This document shows positions 8,073 to 17,730 of a stretch of 39,144 nucleotides of DNA, one piece after another. Within the stretch, counting starts at the first letter, position 1. Every line of letters starts with the position of its first letter. This DNA is from a virus (Duplodnaviria > Caudoviricetes). The stretch covers positions 1-39,144 of IMG/VR virus record IMGVR_UViG_3300042923_000511; one strand, written 5' to 3'. Below the pieces are notes generated by a model that was not told the DNA's origin, searched no databases, and saw nothing but the letters and a program-made list of their open reading frames with translations. The translations under genes and the position numbers were made by a program.

Positions 8073-8876
8073 TTAGATGTATTTATCTCTTGATTTGATT
8101 CTAATTAACAAGCTAATTCCCGTCCCGGTGATTGATATATTGTTATCACCTGGTATTAAAATAAAATCACGAAAATTAGATATAAACGTTCCTGCGTCGT
8201 CTTTTATTACTGTATATGTTTCGCAATCTATCACCCATGAAGCATTTGTAAATGTCCCAAGTGATATTGTATACCCATTTGCACTAATGACTAGGTCTGT
8301 TGCACTGCCTGTAATCTCAATCACCGGCTTAACTGCCATTCCATCAACTATAACACTTAGATTTGTTGCGCCTGTTATATTTACTAACCCATTAGAGCCG
8401 CTATGACCTAGCAAATAGCTTGACTGGAACGTAATAACTTCACTGCCCCATGTGATTTCGTCTGAATATACTTGGCTGTATGCATGGGGATTGTATGCTA
8501 CTAACCCAATAGACATTCTGCCAGTATTTATTGCTCTTTCGGCATCAATTTGTGAAGCGCACTGAACAATGTAATATTTATCTGGCTCATAATCGAATGA
8601 AAGTTTTATATCTTTCGGCTTTCCATAGACATCAAATAAAAAAGAGATGAAATCCCTCATTTTATGTTGCATCAAGGTTCTATCTCTTTCTATCATGATT
8701 AATGGAATCTGAAATACGCGCTCCCTTATTTCCGAACCAAAATTATATAATCCGTGTTTACCTGGTATGGCAATGGTTTTATTTTCGAAAGTAGGGGTCA
8801 ATGGATTCACGTGTCCAGGTTCGCATATCATTCCAAAATCTTTTAAGGTGTACGTGTCATTTAATAATATTTCCAT
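8073..8876 (-). CDS. Distal tail protein (Dit)
   Basis: Follows the TMP; IPGKHG...R.F, FDYEPDKYY and LIPGDNNI motifs. Confidence 0.85.
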   Translation of the reverse strand: MEILLNDTYTLKDFGMICEPGHVNPLTPTFENKTIAIPGKHGLYNFGSEIRERVFQIPLIMIERDRTLMQHKMRDFISFLFDVYGKPKDIKLSFDYEPDKYYIVQCASQIDAERAINTGRMSIGLVAYNPHAYSQVYSDEITWGSEVITFQSSYLLGHSGSNGLVNITGATNLSVIVDGMAVKPVIEITGSATDLVISANGYTISLGTFTNASWVIDCETYTVIKDDAGTFISNFRDFILIPGDNNISITGTGISLLIRIKSRDKYI

Positions 8877-11639
8877 TATCGCAACACCCCAACTTTCCTT
8901 GCGCCAGATTTGTTTTTAGTATTTAACAGTATACTCATGTCGTCTACTGTTTGCCTTGCTATTTCTTTTCCATTGATAGCAATAGGTCTGCTTGCTAATT
9001 GAACAATTGCATCTATTAATTCCACAATCCAATCGTTATCACTGCTGTTATTTAGACCTAGCATTTCTTTTAGGCTACTAAGTGGAGCAACCACTTCTGG
9101 ACCTGCTTCTCCAACGCCTTTTAGCCCGTATGGCGTGTTAAACAATGTAGGCTTGTCAAAGATGCCGCCTTTTGCGTACCATTCTACATTCAGCTTAGGA
9201 GTGCCCTCTTCTAGCCATTTTAACGGATTCATACTCATTGATGTTATCGTAAAGGCTTTTTATCCTCTACTTCTTATAGTTTCCTATAAGATCGGCGTAC
9301 ATTTTCACCTACGACTTTACGTTTAGGTGTTGAACACTCTTGGGGATATTTTATTCTGTTTGCACAGTTTCAATCCCTACGCTCTACGGTGGCTAAGACT
9401 TTTTAGTTTCATAGCTTACCTCGGTATTAGCATGATATTTTTTGATTAATTGAAGCAATAAATAATTCAAATTGTTCCCTAGTGTTTTTTCCCATACCAT
9501 AAACAGAATGAAATTCCTTGTGGCATTTCTTACATAAGGTTACTCCGTTTTCAACATTGGCTCTATTTCTTTTATCCCAATCATAACTATTTAAATGATG
9601 TGCGTTTAAGTTTCCGCCAACATTATCACCGCAACATTGACAAGTAAATTTATCTCTTTTATATACTTCTTGCCGCCAACTATAAGCGTTTTTTCCGTAT
9701 CTCTTTCTTTCTCTAGATTCAGAATCAATGCTCGCATCATAATGCGATGAATTTTCTCCTGCCCAATACTTTGTTAATCCTTTTCTCTGGCACTCATCAC
9801 TACAAAAATGATGTTTGCCTTTCTCGTAATGGCACTTTATGGCTTCTTTTTCTTTTCCGCATATTTCACATTTAAAAATTACTCTTTTCCTTGTATGAGC
9901 CTTGTCGTTTAATTTAAATTTTTTTATTCCTTCTTGAAAACACTCGTTACAAAAATGATGTTTCGACTTATTGAATAGGCTTAGTGGTCTTGTAATTTCT
10001 TTTTCACACAATTCACATTTAAACGTTACATTTTTGCCCTGACTTAAAGAATTGCATTTGCATCTCACTGAACAAAATCTAGCGATTTTCTCCTTGGATT
10101 TAAATTTTACTCCACAATATTCACATATAAGTTCATATTTTGAATTATTGCACTCTTTGCAAATAGTTCTTCTTCCGTCACTTGCCCTATTATCTTTATA
10201 AAATTCATTTAAGTCTTTGTGTTTTCCACATTTCGTGCATTGTTTAATCATTTTTTATTCCTCCGTTTCGTATAATTGTATTATACCACATTTTACTATT
10301 GGAGGCAATATAAAAATATTTTAGCTTTCACCGATTTTGTTCAATACTAGGCTGCAATTTTCATTGTAGCCGCGGCAATATGATGTTTACCGCTTATACT
10401 AAAGTGTGGCAATTTTAATTTAGGCCATTTAAATTCAAAACTAAAGAATCCTTTAATCTTTTCAATGGCTTTTGACACTATATCCTTAGCTCCATCCATA
10501 ACATCTGATATTTTCTTTTTGATATTATCAAAAGTTGTTTTAATGCCGTCCCATAACGCGCTAGCCTTAGCTTTAATAGTATCCCAGTTCTTATAAAGGA
10601 CTATCCCGATTGCAATGAGAGCAGCTATAGCCGCCACTACTAATCCAATTGGGTTTGCCATCATGGCTGCAGAAAGACTAAGTTGCGCACCAGTAGCACT
10701 TGTGGTAAATGCGGTATATGCCGCCATTAATCCACTTAAAACACTAATGATTTTTAACGCGATAAATGCCCCTAAAAGACCGCCTAAGATTGGGATGAGT
10801 ATATTGGAATTTTCTGCTATAAAACCTATTACATCACCTATGCCGCCAAGTATTGTACCTGCGGTTTCTTTGATTTGTGGCATATTATCAAGAAACCATT
10901 GCAACATTGTTGTAAGCTGTGGCATTAATTCGGACATGATTCCATTTTTTACACCGTCTAAGCTACCTTTTACATCCGCTAACGTATCGCCAAACACAAC
11001 TCCATTAGAAACAGCATCCTCGGACATTACAATTCCAAGTTCATCAGCTCGATTTTTTAAATCTGTCATTCCGTCTGCACCGGATTGTATTAATGGTTTT
11101 AATTCCGTATAGGATTTACCTAATAGGTCATTGCCAATGCTATTCTTTAACGCGCCATCTTCCATATTTGCGAGCGCGTACATGACTTCATTAAAGGTTT
11201 CTTCTGGTGACATAGTGGCAAGGTCTGACATGCTTATTCCCAGTTTTTCGTATGCTGATTGTGCTGCCGCTCCACCATTTTGCGCATCCACCATTGTATC
11301 TGATAACTTTTTCATGCCAGTTTCAAGGACCGTTATGTCTGCTCCTGATTGACCTGCAGCATATCCCCAACGTTGTAGTTCTTCTACTGCGATACCGGTT
11401 CTAAGGCTCAATTTATCCCACTTGTCTGCTGTTTCTGCGGTACCGTTTGCAAGTGCTGTAATTCCACCTAATACTGCTCCTGTTCCTGCGGCTACTGCTC
11501 CTGTTATTTTAGCACCTGCATCTGCTATTTTATCAAGGCTTAGCTTAGTATCTTTGCCTTGTTTATCTGTCTTTTTTAATGTATCGATTGCTTCTTTGTT
11601 ATCGATAAGTACAGTTCCAAATAAACGAAAGAGTTCCAT
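8876..11639 (-). CDS. Tail tape measure protein, two exons (11639-10389 and 9235-8876; spliced product 536 aa)
   Basis: Ala/Gly-rich TMP with MANPIGLVVAAIAAL...LYKNWD; the spliced junction reads LPHFSISG/SMNPLKWLEEGTPKLNVEWYAKGG in frame. Confidence 0.9.
9427..10251 (-). CDS. Intron-encoded HNH homing endonuclease with repeated CxxC zinc fingers
   Basis: RDKFTCQCC...LNAHH...NGVTLCKKCHKEFH; multiple CxxC...FCS repeats; RBS GGAGG. Confidence 0.9.
   Translation of the reverse strand: MIKQCTKCGKHKDLNEFYKDNRASDGRRTICKECNNSKYELICEYCGVKFKSKEKIARFCSVRCKCNSLSQGKNVTFKCELCEKEITRPLSLFNKSKHHFCNECFQEGIKKFKLNDKAHTRKRVIFKCEICGKEKEAIKCHYEKGKHHFCSDECQRKGLTKYWAGENSSHYDASIDSESRERKRYGKNAYSWRQEVYKRDKFTCQCCGDNVGGNLNAHHLNSYDWDKRNRANVENGVTLCKKCHKEFHSVYGMGKNTREQFELFIASINQKISC
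10280..10308 (-). promoter_or_regulatory. Intron-internal sigma-A promoter for the HNH gene
   Basis: TTGCCT-17nt-TATAAT with a TG extended -10. Confidence 0.7.
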
Positions 11640-11642
11640 GGT

Positions 11643-11960
11643 CTACCCCCTTTCTTTAAATTTTTCTTCGATTTCTGATATTTCGTTCATGATTTCTTCT
11701 TTGCTTCGTGTGTCAATAATTATTTTTCTCGGTCTCGCTCTATCGTAAAATTCATCAAAAGATTCGTAGTCGCTTTCTTTGTAATACGGATAACGTACGA
11801 GCCACCATCTGTAATAATATTCTTTTGTTTCTTCTTCTCTGGCTTTTTCTATGATGCGTATGGCTCTACTTAATGGCATTTTTAATACATAATCTATATT
11901 GTTATATCGTTTAAGCAGGAGATCTTCTGTGTCTATTCTGTCTATTCCCCTGCTTGATTT
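11643..11960 (-). CDS. -1 frame extension of the tail assembly chaperone (gpGT-like; fusion about 220 aa)
   Basis: The -1 frame is open from the slippery site through KSSRGIDRIDTEDLLLKRYNN...MPLSRA to the stop at 11643; no clear RBS before ATG 11879. Confidence 0.8.
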   Translation of the reverse strand, partial: KSSRGIDRIDTEDLLLKRYNNIDYVLKMPLSRAIRIIEKAREEETKEYYYRWWLVRYPYYKESDYESFDEFYDRARPRKIIIDTRSKEEIMNEISEIEEKFKERG

Positions 11961-12304
11961 AAAAAATCACCAAATTCCTCATGATTAACAAGTTCGGCAA
12001 AGAATTCCTTGATTTGTTTTAAACTCATTTTTGATACTTCTTCAAGTTTCATTCCGGTTAGATTTGAGATTAACTGCACAACCTCATTCTTGGCCTTGTG
12101 AAAACTCCGAATTATTTTAGTAACTAAATCTAGCCCTATTGCAACTGCAACTTCTTTACCAATCTTGGCGGCATCCTGTTTATTTTCTAGCTTTGATGTT
12201 TTAATTTGTTTTGTGATTTTATCAACATCGGCTTCCAATCCCATTTTATCTATAATTTCAGACATTAGAAAAACATCTTCAAGGTTAAATCCTCTGGTTA
12301 TCAT
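11942..12304 (-). CDS. Tail assembly chaperone (gpG-like)
   Basis: Between the major tail and TMP genes; slippery heptamer near the 3' end. Confidence 0.8.
   Translation of the reverse strand: MITRGFNLEDVFLMSEIIDKMGLEADVDKITKQIKTSKLENKQDAAKIGKEVAVAIGLDLVTKIIRSFHKAKNEVVQLISNLTGMKLEEVSKMSLKQIKEFFAELVNHEEFGDFLNQAGE
11960..11966 (-). other. Programmed -1 ribosomal frameshift site T TTT TTA
   Basis: X XXY YYZ heptamer in the correct frame (GAT TTT TTA). Confidence 0.85.
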
Positions 12305-12322
12305 ATATACCTCCTATAAAAT

Positions 12323-12346
12323 AAAAAGGGTAGATTTCTCTACCCT
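12323..12346 (-). terminator. Terminator/attenuator after the major tail gene
   Basis: AGGGTAGA-gaaa-TCTACCCT-TTTT. Confidence 0.75.
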
Positions 12347-12351
12347 AATTT

Positions 12352-12867
12352 CTAAACTGCATATTCTACGTTCCATGGTGGAGTTTCTTTTGCTGCTTCA
12401 TCATATGTAGCACTAAAACCAATTGACGGAACAACTTCGTTTTTATCTTCCAATTTCCATTCCAGGTTGTCTAAGTTTAATGCATCTTTTACTATGATCG
12501 TAACTGCTTTACCGTCTTTTGTTTTGCCTACCCACTTAACATCATTGTAATCACCTGCTACAATTTTAAGCGTAGAAGTCATTGTGTGCTTCGTTGGAGT
12601 GGTTTCGATATCAGGAGTAACGCTCATGCCTGGATAATATTTTGTCATATCCGTTGCATTAAATAGTTCAAGAGCGTTTACTGTAAGCTTTGCATTTTCT
12701 TCATCAATTACAGTTCTACCCTTAACAATTCCCATATCTCCATCGGCTTGGATGTGTCTATATGTTCGTTCGACATTAAATACACTGCCACCTCTTGTAA
12801 GTCCAATTGGCGTAGTGCCCACCGTAACAACTCCATAGCCTAGTAAAATCTTTTCTGCTGTTGCCAT
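12352..12867 (-). CDS. Major tail (tube) protein
   Basis: ILLGYG...IGLTRGG..F motif; position. Confidence 0.8.
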   Translation of the reverse strand: MATAEKILLGYGVVTVGTTPIGLTRGGSVFNVERTYRHIQADGDMGIVKGRTVIDEENAKLTVNALELFNATDMTKYYPGMSVTPDIETTPTKHTMTSTLKIVAGDYNDVKWVGKTKDGKAVTIIVKDALNLDNLEWKLEDKNEVVPSIGFSATYDEAAKETPPWNVEYAV

Positions 12868-12879
12868 TTTATCACCTCG

Positions 12880-13251
12880 CTATTTAAAATAAGCTCGCAC
12901 AACATACCTTAAGTTAATAAGATGTGATGATACGAGTTCTTCTGGGTTAATATATTGTCTTTGTTCTCTTTCGAATTGCATATTTAGTGTATCTGTGTTT
13001 ACAACCGTATGGTTTAATCCATTGTCAATGCTATCCACTAAATCTTCCATAACCCTAACTGATCTAGTTACATCCTCGTATATGTCAATATTAAGGTATA
13101 AATCTTCACTCGGGTAAGAGTTAACCACGCTCTCTACGCGATAAACCACATAAGGAGGCACTGGGGATTGTGGTGCTTTATTTCGGTATACACGCGGATG
13201 CCTTGATATTAAATAATTATATAGCGAATCTGCTACTGCATTTGTATTCAC
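12880..13251 (-). CDS. Tail terminator/completion protein
   Basis: RVY..KAP....PYVVY pattern; position. Confidence 0.7.
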   Translation of the reverse strand: MNTNAVADSLYNYLISRHPRVYRNKAPQSPVPPYVVYRVESVVNSYPSEDLYLNIDIYEDVTRSVRVMEDLVDSIDNGLNHTVVNTDTLNMQFEREQRQYINPEELVSSHLINLRYVVRAYFK

Positions 13252-13261
13252 TTAATCCCTC

Positions 13262-13621
13262 CTATTCCTTATTGATTTCGTCTATTGCCGCAGCTATCAT
13301 TTGCTGTATTAACTCTGCATTTTTTACTACCACAGGTTTAATAGGGTCTTGTTCTGCGCCTGTAATCATTCTTCCGACTATGCCGTGGATAGACATTTTA
13401 AATCCTATCTGCAAATCCTTTTCCTGTTTTCTTGCCCAATATCCTAACGTCTTGGTTAATATGGACCGTCTTTGGTGGAATTGTGATTTCATTGTAGTTG
13501 ACTTTATTTCTTTAACTAAGTTTTGTCCTATGGTGTTCATTACTTTCTGCGGTTTTTCTTCAATCTTAACAATTATCTTGTCGAGATTGGATTCAAATGT
13601 AAAAGGCTTTTTCTTTGCCAT
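13262..13621 (-). CDS. Neck/tail-completion protein (HK97 gp10 position)
   Basis: Synteny and size. Confidence 0.55.
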   Translation of the reverse strand: MAKKKPFTFESNLDKIIVKIEEKPQKVMNTIGQNLVKEIKSTTMKSQFHQRRSILTKTLGYWARKQEKDLQIGFKMSIHGIVGRMITGAEQDPIKPVVVKNAELIQQMIAAAIDEINKE

Positions 13622-13920
13622 TAGACTTCACTTCCCACATAAGCAGTGCAAACAAGTTCTCTCATATCTCCTTGTTTAGATGCTCTGATAATTGTATAAA
13701 CTTTACCATTGAACCTCACGTATTCCTCGTTGTTAAACTCGAAATCGTTAATTTCAAATGTAAGTTCAGGCTTTAAACCTGCAACTGCTCCTTGGTAAAA
13801 TTCTGAACGATTATCATTTAATTGATTGGCAAGTCTCTTCTCCCATGACATTGACTTGACAACCTCTCCATATTCGATTGTTTCGATTAAGTTTCCTAGT
13901 TCAATTTCATCATTAAACAT
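13621..13920 (-). CDS. Head closure/head-tail adaptor protein
   Basis: SEFYQGAVAGLKPE...FNGKVYTIIR...ELVC. Confidence 0.8.
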   Translation of the reverse strand: MFNDEIELGNLIETIEYGEVVKSMSWEKRLANQLNDNRSEFYQGAVAGLKPELTFEINDFEFNNEEYVRFNGKVYTIIRASKQGDMRELVCTAYVGSEV

Positions 13921-14343
13921 CTACACCACCACCCATACACTATTAACCATACTTACAATAGTCCATGTGCCATTTATATACATTTGCATTGTTCCGTCAG
14001 TTAAAATATAAACCGTATATTCTTCCGGAATCATTGGCAATGTATCTACTGTATATACATTGTTTACTATCAGCTGCTTGTTATGGATCATTAGATTGTG
14101 TATCCTAAATTGCAAATGTCTTGGTATTGTTGGATTACCCTTGTTGGAATAACGATATTCTGCATAGTCAACAATAAACATTATGTGATTCATATTGGTT
14201 TCGCTCAAAACTAAACCTTTTTCGTCTTGTAGTTCTTTAATTACGGATTCAATTATTGCAGTTAAATAAATGTCTCTAACTGTCGTGCTTATTCCTAGCC
14301 TTGCCTTTACTAGTTCCAGTATTGTTGATGTGTCCATCTTCAT
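13921..14343 (-). CDS. Head-tail connector (gp6-like) with a C-terminal extension
   Basis: LELVKARLGISTTVRD.YL...FIVDYAEYRY...PRHLQFRIHNL. Confidence 0.8.
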   Translation of the reverse strand: MKMDTSTILELVKARLGISTTVRDIYLTAIIESVIKELQDEKGLVLSETNMNHIMFIVDYAEYRYSNKGNPTIPRHLQFRIHNLMIHNKQLIVNNVYTVDTLPMIPEEYTVYILTDGTMQMYINGTWTIVSMVNSVWVVV

Positions 14344-14500
14344 CAGCTCCTTTGCTCTTTGGTCCGCTGATTATCTCAACAAGAGGGCTGTCAGAGATAG
14401 AATTTAAAATATCTATCTCTGCACTGGTCATTTCTGCTATTTCTCCCTCTTTGTAGAGACGCTTGCCATCACCAAATAATTTAAGCGCCTTTACTTTCAT
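14276..14500 (-). CDS. Small head-associated hypothetical protein
   Basis: MKVKALKLF.D...Y.EG pattern common after capsid genes; RBS GGAGG. Confidence 0.6.
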   Translation of the reverse strand: MKVKALKLFGDGKRLYKEGEIAEMTSAEIDILNSISDSPLVEIISGPKSKGADEDGHINNTGTSKGKARNKHDS

Positions 14501-14511
14501 ACGGATTCCTC

Positions 14512-15921
14512 CTAGGCGTTAGCTGTATCAGCAGCGAATGTTACTGCGGTTGCTGTAGGTGCTACCGCTCCGACTTCTTGGTCAATATTAATAGCAATAA
14601 ATCCCTCGCCGAATACTGGTCTGCCATCATAACGAGAAGTTCCTTTAAATACAGTGTTATCCTCGATAAATTGTACATGTTCGGACTGCGCCAATGTAGC
14701 ACCTGCTCTTTCTGCAAGTAAATACAATGAACCATATCCGCCGATAATAACATTGTCCGGAATGAAATCCAATGTTTCAACTGCTCCGCCAACGATTGGC
14801 ATTGTTCCATTTTGACCTGATACAATTGCGCCAGCTGCATTAATCGTTAATGCCTTTGCCTGTAATATTGCAAATGTATTAGAACTCATTGCCCAGAACT
14901 TCTGGCCGTTTGAATAATTAGCTTTTGCTTTGCCTAATTTTAAAATAAGATCTTTATAAAATAAAACATCTGTGTTGGCTGCAGGGTCAATAAGCAAAAG
15001 GTTTGACGCATGTAAATCTGTCCATGCTTTTTCTTTGGTGCCCCAATATGCAGGCTGCGCTATTTCTGCAAGTCTAGTCACAATACCCACTGGCATTTTA
15101 ACACCTTTGCCATAAAGAATTGCTTTATCAAGTGCCAATCCGATTGCCTGTCCTAAGTAGGTCATTATTTCATCAGCTAATGCGATATCATCTGAATCCT
15201 CGAGTAATGAATTTGGTACGGGGATATATCCACCAACTTTATAGCCATCTACTTCTAACTGGTTGAATACAATTCCTAATTCATTGAGCTTGCCAATCAT
15301 TTCAGTCCATATTGCTTCTGAAACTGTGCCTGCAATTGTCTGTCTTGCGGTTCCGCTTACAGACTTAACAAATACATGTTTTGCTAATTTTGAATACTGA
15401 TTGATATTATCTCTTAATATTCCAAGTAAAATATTAGGAACACCTAATTCGCCGCCAGTTACTGCTCTTTTTTGATTAATAAATTCCCTGGTTCTCTGTA
15501 AGAAGTCTTTTACTTCCTCTCTCTGAATTAATGCTTCTACCGCTTCTCTAGTCATTCCTTTAAAAAATTTATTTCTTTCCATGTAATTACCACCCTCTCT
15601 TTCATGAGTTAAAGTTTTGCTTCTTTTTGATTCAGGATCTCCTTTAGGCTCTTTCGCATTGAGTTCCTCTAATTCTCCCTCGAGTTCTGCGATTTCTCCC
15701 TCGAGCTTGCTTTTCTTTTCTTCCAGGTCAGCCTTTTCAGTGTCTAGATTGGTGATTTCTTCATCAACTAAAGCTATCTCTTCATCGGTTTTGGCTTCTT
15801 CCAATGATGCCTCTAATTCGGTTGACCGTGTCTTTAAATTTCCCTCTTGCTCCACTAGTTCAGCTAAGGAAGATTTTCTCTGCTCGATTTTCTTATTTAA
15901 CATTAATTGTCTTAGTGCCAT
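14512..15921 (-). CDS. Major capsid protein, HK97 fold, with a coiled-coil delta domain
   Basis: Acidic coiled-coil N-terminus; LDKAILYGKG..MPVGI and RYDGRP motifs. Confidence 0.93.
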   Translation of the reverse strand: MALRQLMLNKKIEQRKSSLAELVEQEGNLKTRSTELEASLEEAKTDEEIALVDEEITNLDTEKADLEEKKSKLEGEIAELEGELEELNAKEPKGDPESKRSKTLTHEREGGNYMERNKFFKGMTREAVEALIQREEVKDFLQRTREFINQKRAVTGGELGVPNILLGILRDNINQYSKLAKHVFVKSVSGTARQTIAGTVSEAIWTEMIGKLNELGIVFNQLEVDGYKVGGYIPVPNSLLEDSDDIALADEIMTYLGQAIGLALDKAILYGKGVKMPVGIVTRLAEIAQPAYWGTKEKAWTDLHASNLLLIDPAANTDVLFYKDLILKLGKAKANYSNGQKFWAMSSNTFAILQAKALTINAAGAIVSGQNGTMPIVGGAVETLDFIPDNVIIGGYGSLYLLAERAGATLAQSEHVQFIEDNTVFKGTSRYDGRPVFGEGFIAINIDQEVGAVAPTATAVTFAADTANA

Positions 15922-16508
15922 TTTTTGAACCTCTCTTTCAATTTGTGTTTACGTTGTTCCAATTGCTTTTCATTGTGCTGCTCTACCTCTTTTTGTCTTG
16001 CCTGCACACCTGTTTCCTCATATGCCGGGAATGTACAAACCGAAACTTCATGGAGATCTATTTCTTTTATTGTCCACTTGACTGAACCATCATCTCGCCA
16101 CTCGGTTTCTTCCGAGACAATATTAAATCCAAACGAGCACTGGTCTACATCTCCACGCTTTACTCTTTCATAAAGATTAACCGCATCAGTGTCGTTCGGA
16201 TTGATTGAAATTCTACCCCATAACCCATAAGAATCCGTTTTGAGTTGCAATGTATTGGCTTTGTTTCTGCCCAATACAAGAGTTGTATCATGATTAATTA
16301 ATGCTCTTATGTCATTGCCTAGAGTATTATTAAATGCAGCTGAATCAATTTCCTCGAATGCTCCTGGCCATAATTCTGTTTGCTTTCCAAATACAGAAAA
16401 GTAGCCCTCTATATACATCCCGTCTTCTTCTGTTTCTGTTCTGGTTGCCTTGAATTCAGTTTGATAACTCCTAGTCTGAACTTTGTCCCTGCTCACTATT
16501 TTCACCAC
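15912..16508 (-). CDS. HK97-family prohead protease
   Basis: [24 protein letters not shown] and [10 protein letters not shown] motifs. Confidence 0.93.
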   Translation of the reverse strand: MVKIVSRDKVQTRSYQTEFKATRTETEEDGMYIEGYFSVFGKQTELWPGAFEEIDSAAFNNTLGNDIRALINHDTTLVLGRNKANTLQLKTDSYGLWGRISINPNDTDAVNLYERVKRGDVDQCSFGFNIVSEETEWRDDGSVKWTIKEIDLHEVSVCTFPAYEETGVQARQKEVEQHNEKQLEQRKHKLKERFKKWH

Positions 16509-17730
16509 CTTTCAATTTCTTTTGGTCCCCTATCATTCCAGCGGGTATATAATTTTCAAGAATAATCCTTTCATCGAGCCCATCAAGCGGTGGGAGATCA
16601 AGCCATCCTCTAACCTCGTTGCCCAACATGAGACTTCTTACAAAAAGGTTCGAGCCTACTTCTGAAAGTTCTTTAATGTCGTATGAATATAAAGTTCTTG
16701 AATTTAATTTCCAGTAGTAGTCAGGACTAATCAGTAACTTTCTTGTAAGCTCCTGTTCTACGATTCTGGCTATTGACATAATTTTAGTTTTAATAAAGTT
16801 GTTGTATTCGTCTTTATCGAACTCGCCAACTCCCATAAAAAAAGCAGGAACTCCTATAATCCCTGCAACTGTTTTTTTATCAAGTTCTACTGCGTCATTA
16901 ATAGCCAAGTCTGTAAGGCTTAATGGCTTTACTTGGTCAACCTTAATTAAGTCAGCTGGTATAACCCATGGCTTTCCGCCCCCGGTATCATCTACATACC
17001 TTTTAAGCACTTCTTCTCTACCCTCTGGGGTTGTAAATTCTTCCGTCATTGCATCTACAGAAATAATGACAGATGGCTTCCATTTGTCTGACATGAATGC
17101 ATTTTTTGTGGCAGTGGCTTGTTTGAGATTTTTAACAATATCTTTTAACACCACTTGATAACCTTGCCCTATATATGGCTTTTCTGGATTTGGATTAATA
17201 ACAAAGTGCAATACTTCATCGTGGTTATATGTTTGGTTCCCGTATGCTACCTTGTAACCATTGTCACCGTCAATAAATCTTACATTTGATGGCTTTAAAG
17301 GAATTAAATCATCAATATACCCGTCTTTTGTTTTGGGGTAAACTACGCTGTTCCCTTTCCCGTCTAATAGCATTGTGTATATGATGTTATACATCCATGT
17401 TTTACGCGTCATAAGGCTATATGGATTGATGTCTATTTTTCTTGACAATTCATTTTTAATCCTCACGTCTCCCTTGTCGGTATTTTGCATTAGATGAATC
17501 GTCATTGATGATACCAGATCCGCAATTTTATCTACTGCTATTCTAACCTCTGGGTTGTTTGCAAGCGTCGTATACCCTGGAACGCATAACGTGTCGTATG
17601 CATCGGTTGATAAAAACCACCCTATGGAAGATGTATCTCTTTTTTCTTCTACCGGCTCTGCCCTTGCCCTAACTATGTTGGCATAATCTCTTATATTCCC
17701 CAAGTTATTCACCTTCCTTTTTCCCGCCAT
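16471..17730 (-). CDS. Portal protein (HK97 family)
   Basis: LDGKGNS, EVLHF and [11 protein letters not shown] motifs; position. Confidence 0.92.
   Translation of the reverse strand: MAGKRKVNNLGNIRDYANIVRARAEPVEEKRDTSSIGWFLSTDAYDTLCVPGYTTLANNPEVRIAVDKIADLVSSMTIHLMQNTDKGDVRIKNELSRKIDINPYSLMTRKTWMYNIIYTMLLDGKGNSVVYPKTKDGYIDDLIPLKPSNVRFIDGDNGYKVAYGNQTYNHDEVLHFVINPNPEKPYIGQGYQVVLKDIVKNLKQATATKNAFMSDKWKPSVIISVDAMTEEFTTPEGREEVLKRYVDDTGGGKPWVIPADLIKVDQVKPLSLTDLAINDAVELDKKTVAGIIGVPAFFMGVGEFDKDEYNNFIKTKIMSIARIVEQELTRKLLISPDYYWKLNSRTLYSYDIKELSEVGSNLFVRSLMLGNEVRGWLDLPPLDGLDERIILENYIPAGMIGDQKKLKGGENSEQGQSSD

Larger units (their letters stand above)
9236..10388 (-). ncRNA. Self-splicing group I intron (IA-like, extra helix between P7 and P3), 1153 nt
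   Basis: P1 GCGGU/GCCGC with U-G at the 5' splice site; P10 CAUAUU/AGUAUG; P2 and P9 GAAA loops; P3 UUGAACA/UGUUCAA; P4 UCGGUG/UACCGA; P7 G(A)GCGUA/UACGCC; terminal G at 9236. Confidence 0.93.

Noticed and set aside
8876-9238. Stand-alone 120-aa gene
   Set aside because: It is TMP exon 2; the G of its ATG is the intron omega-G and there is no SD.
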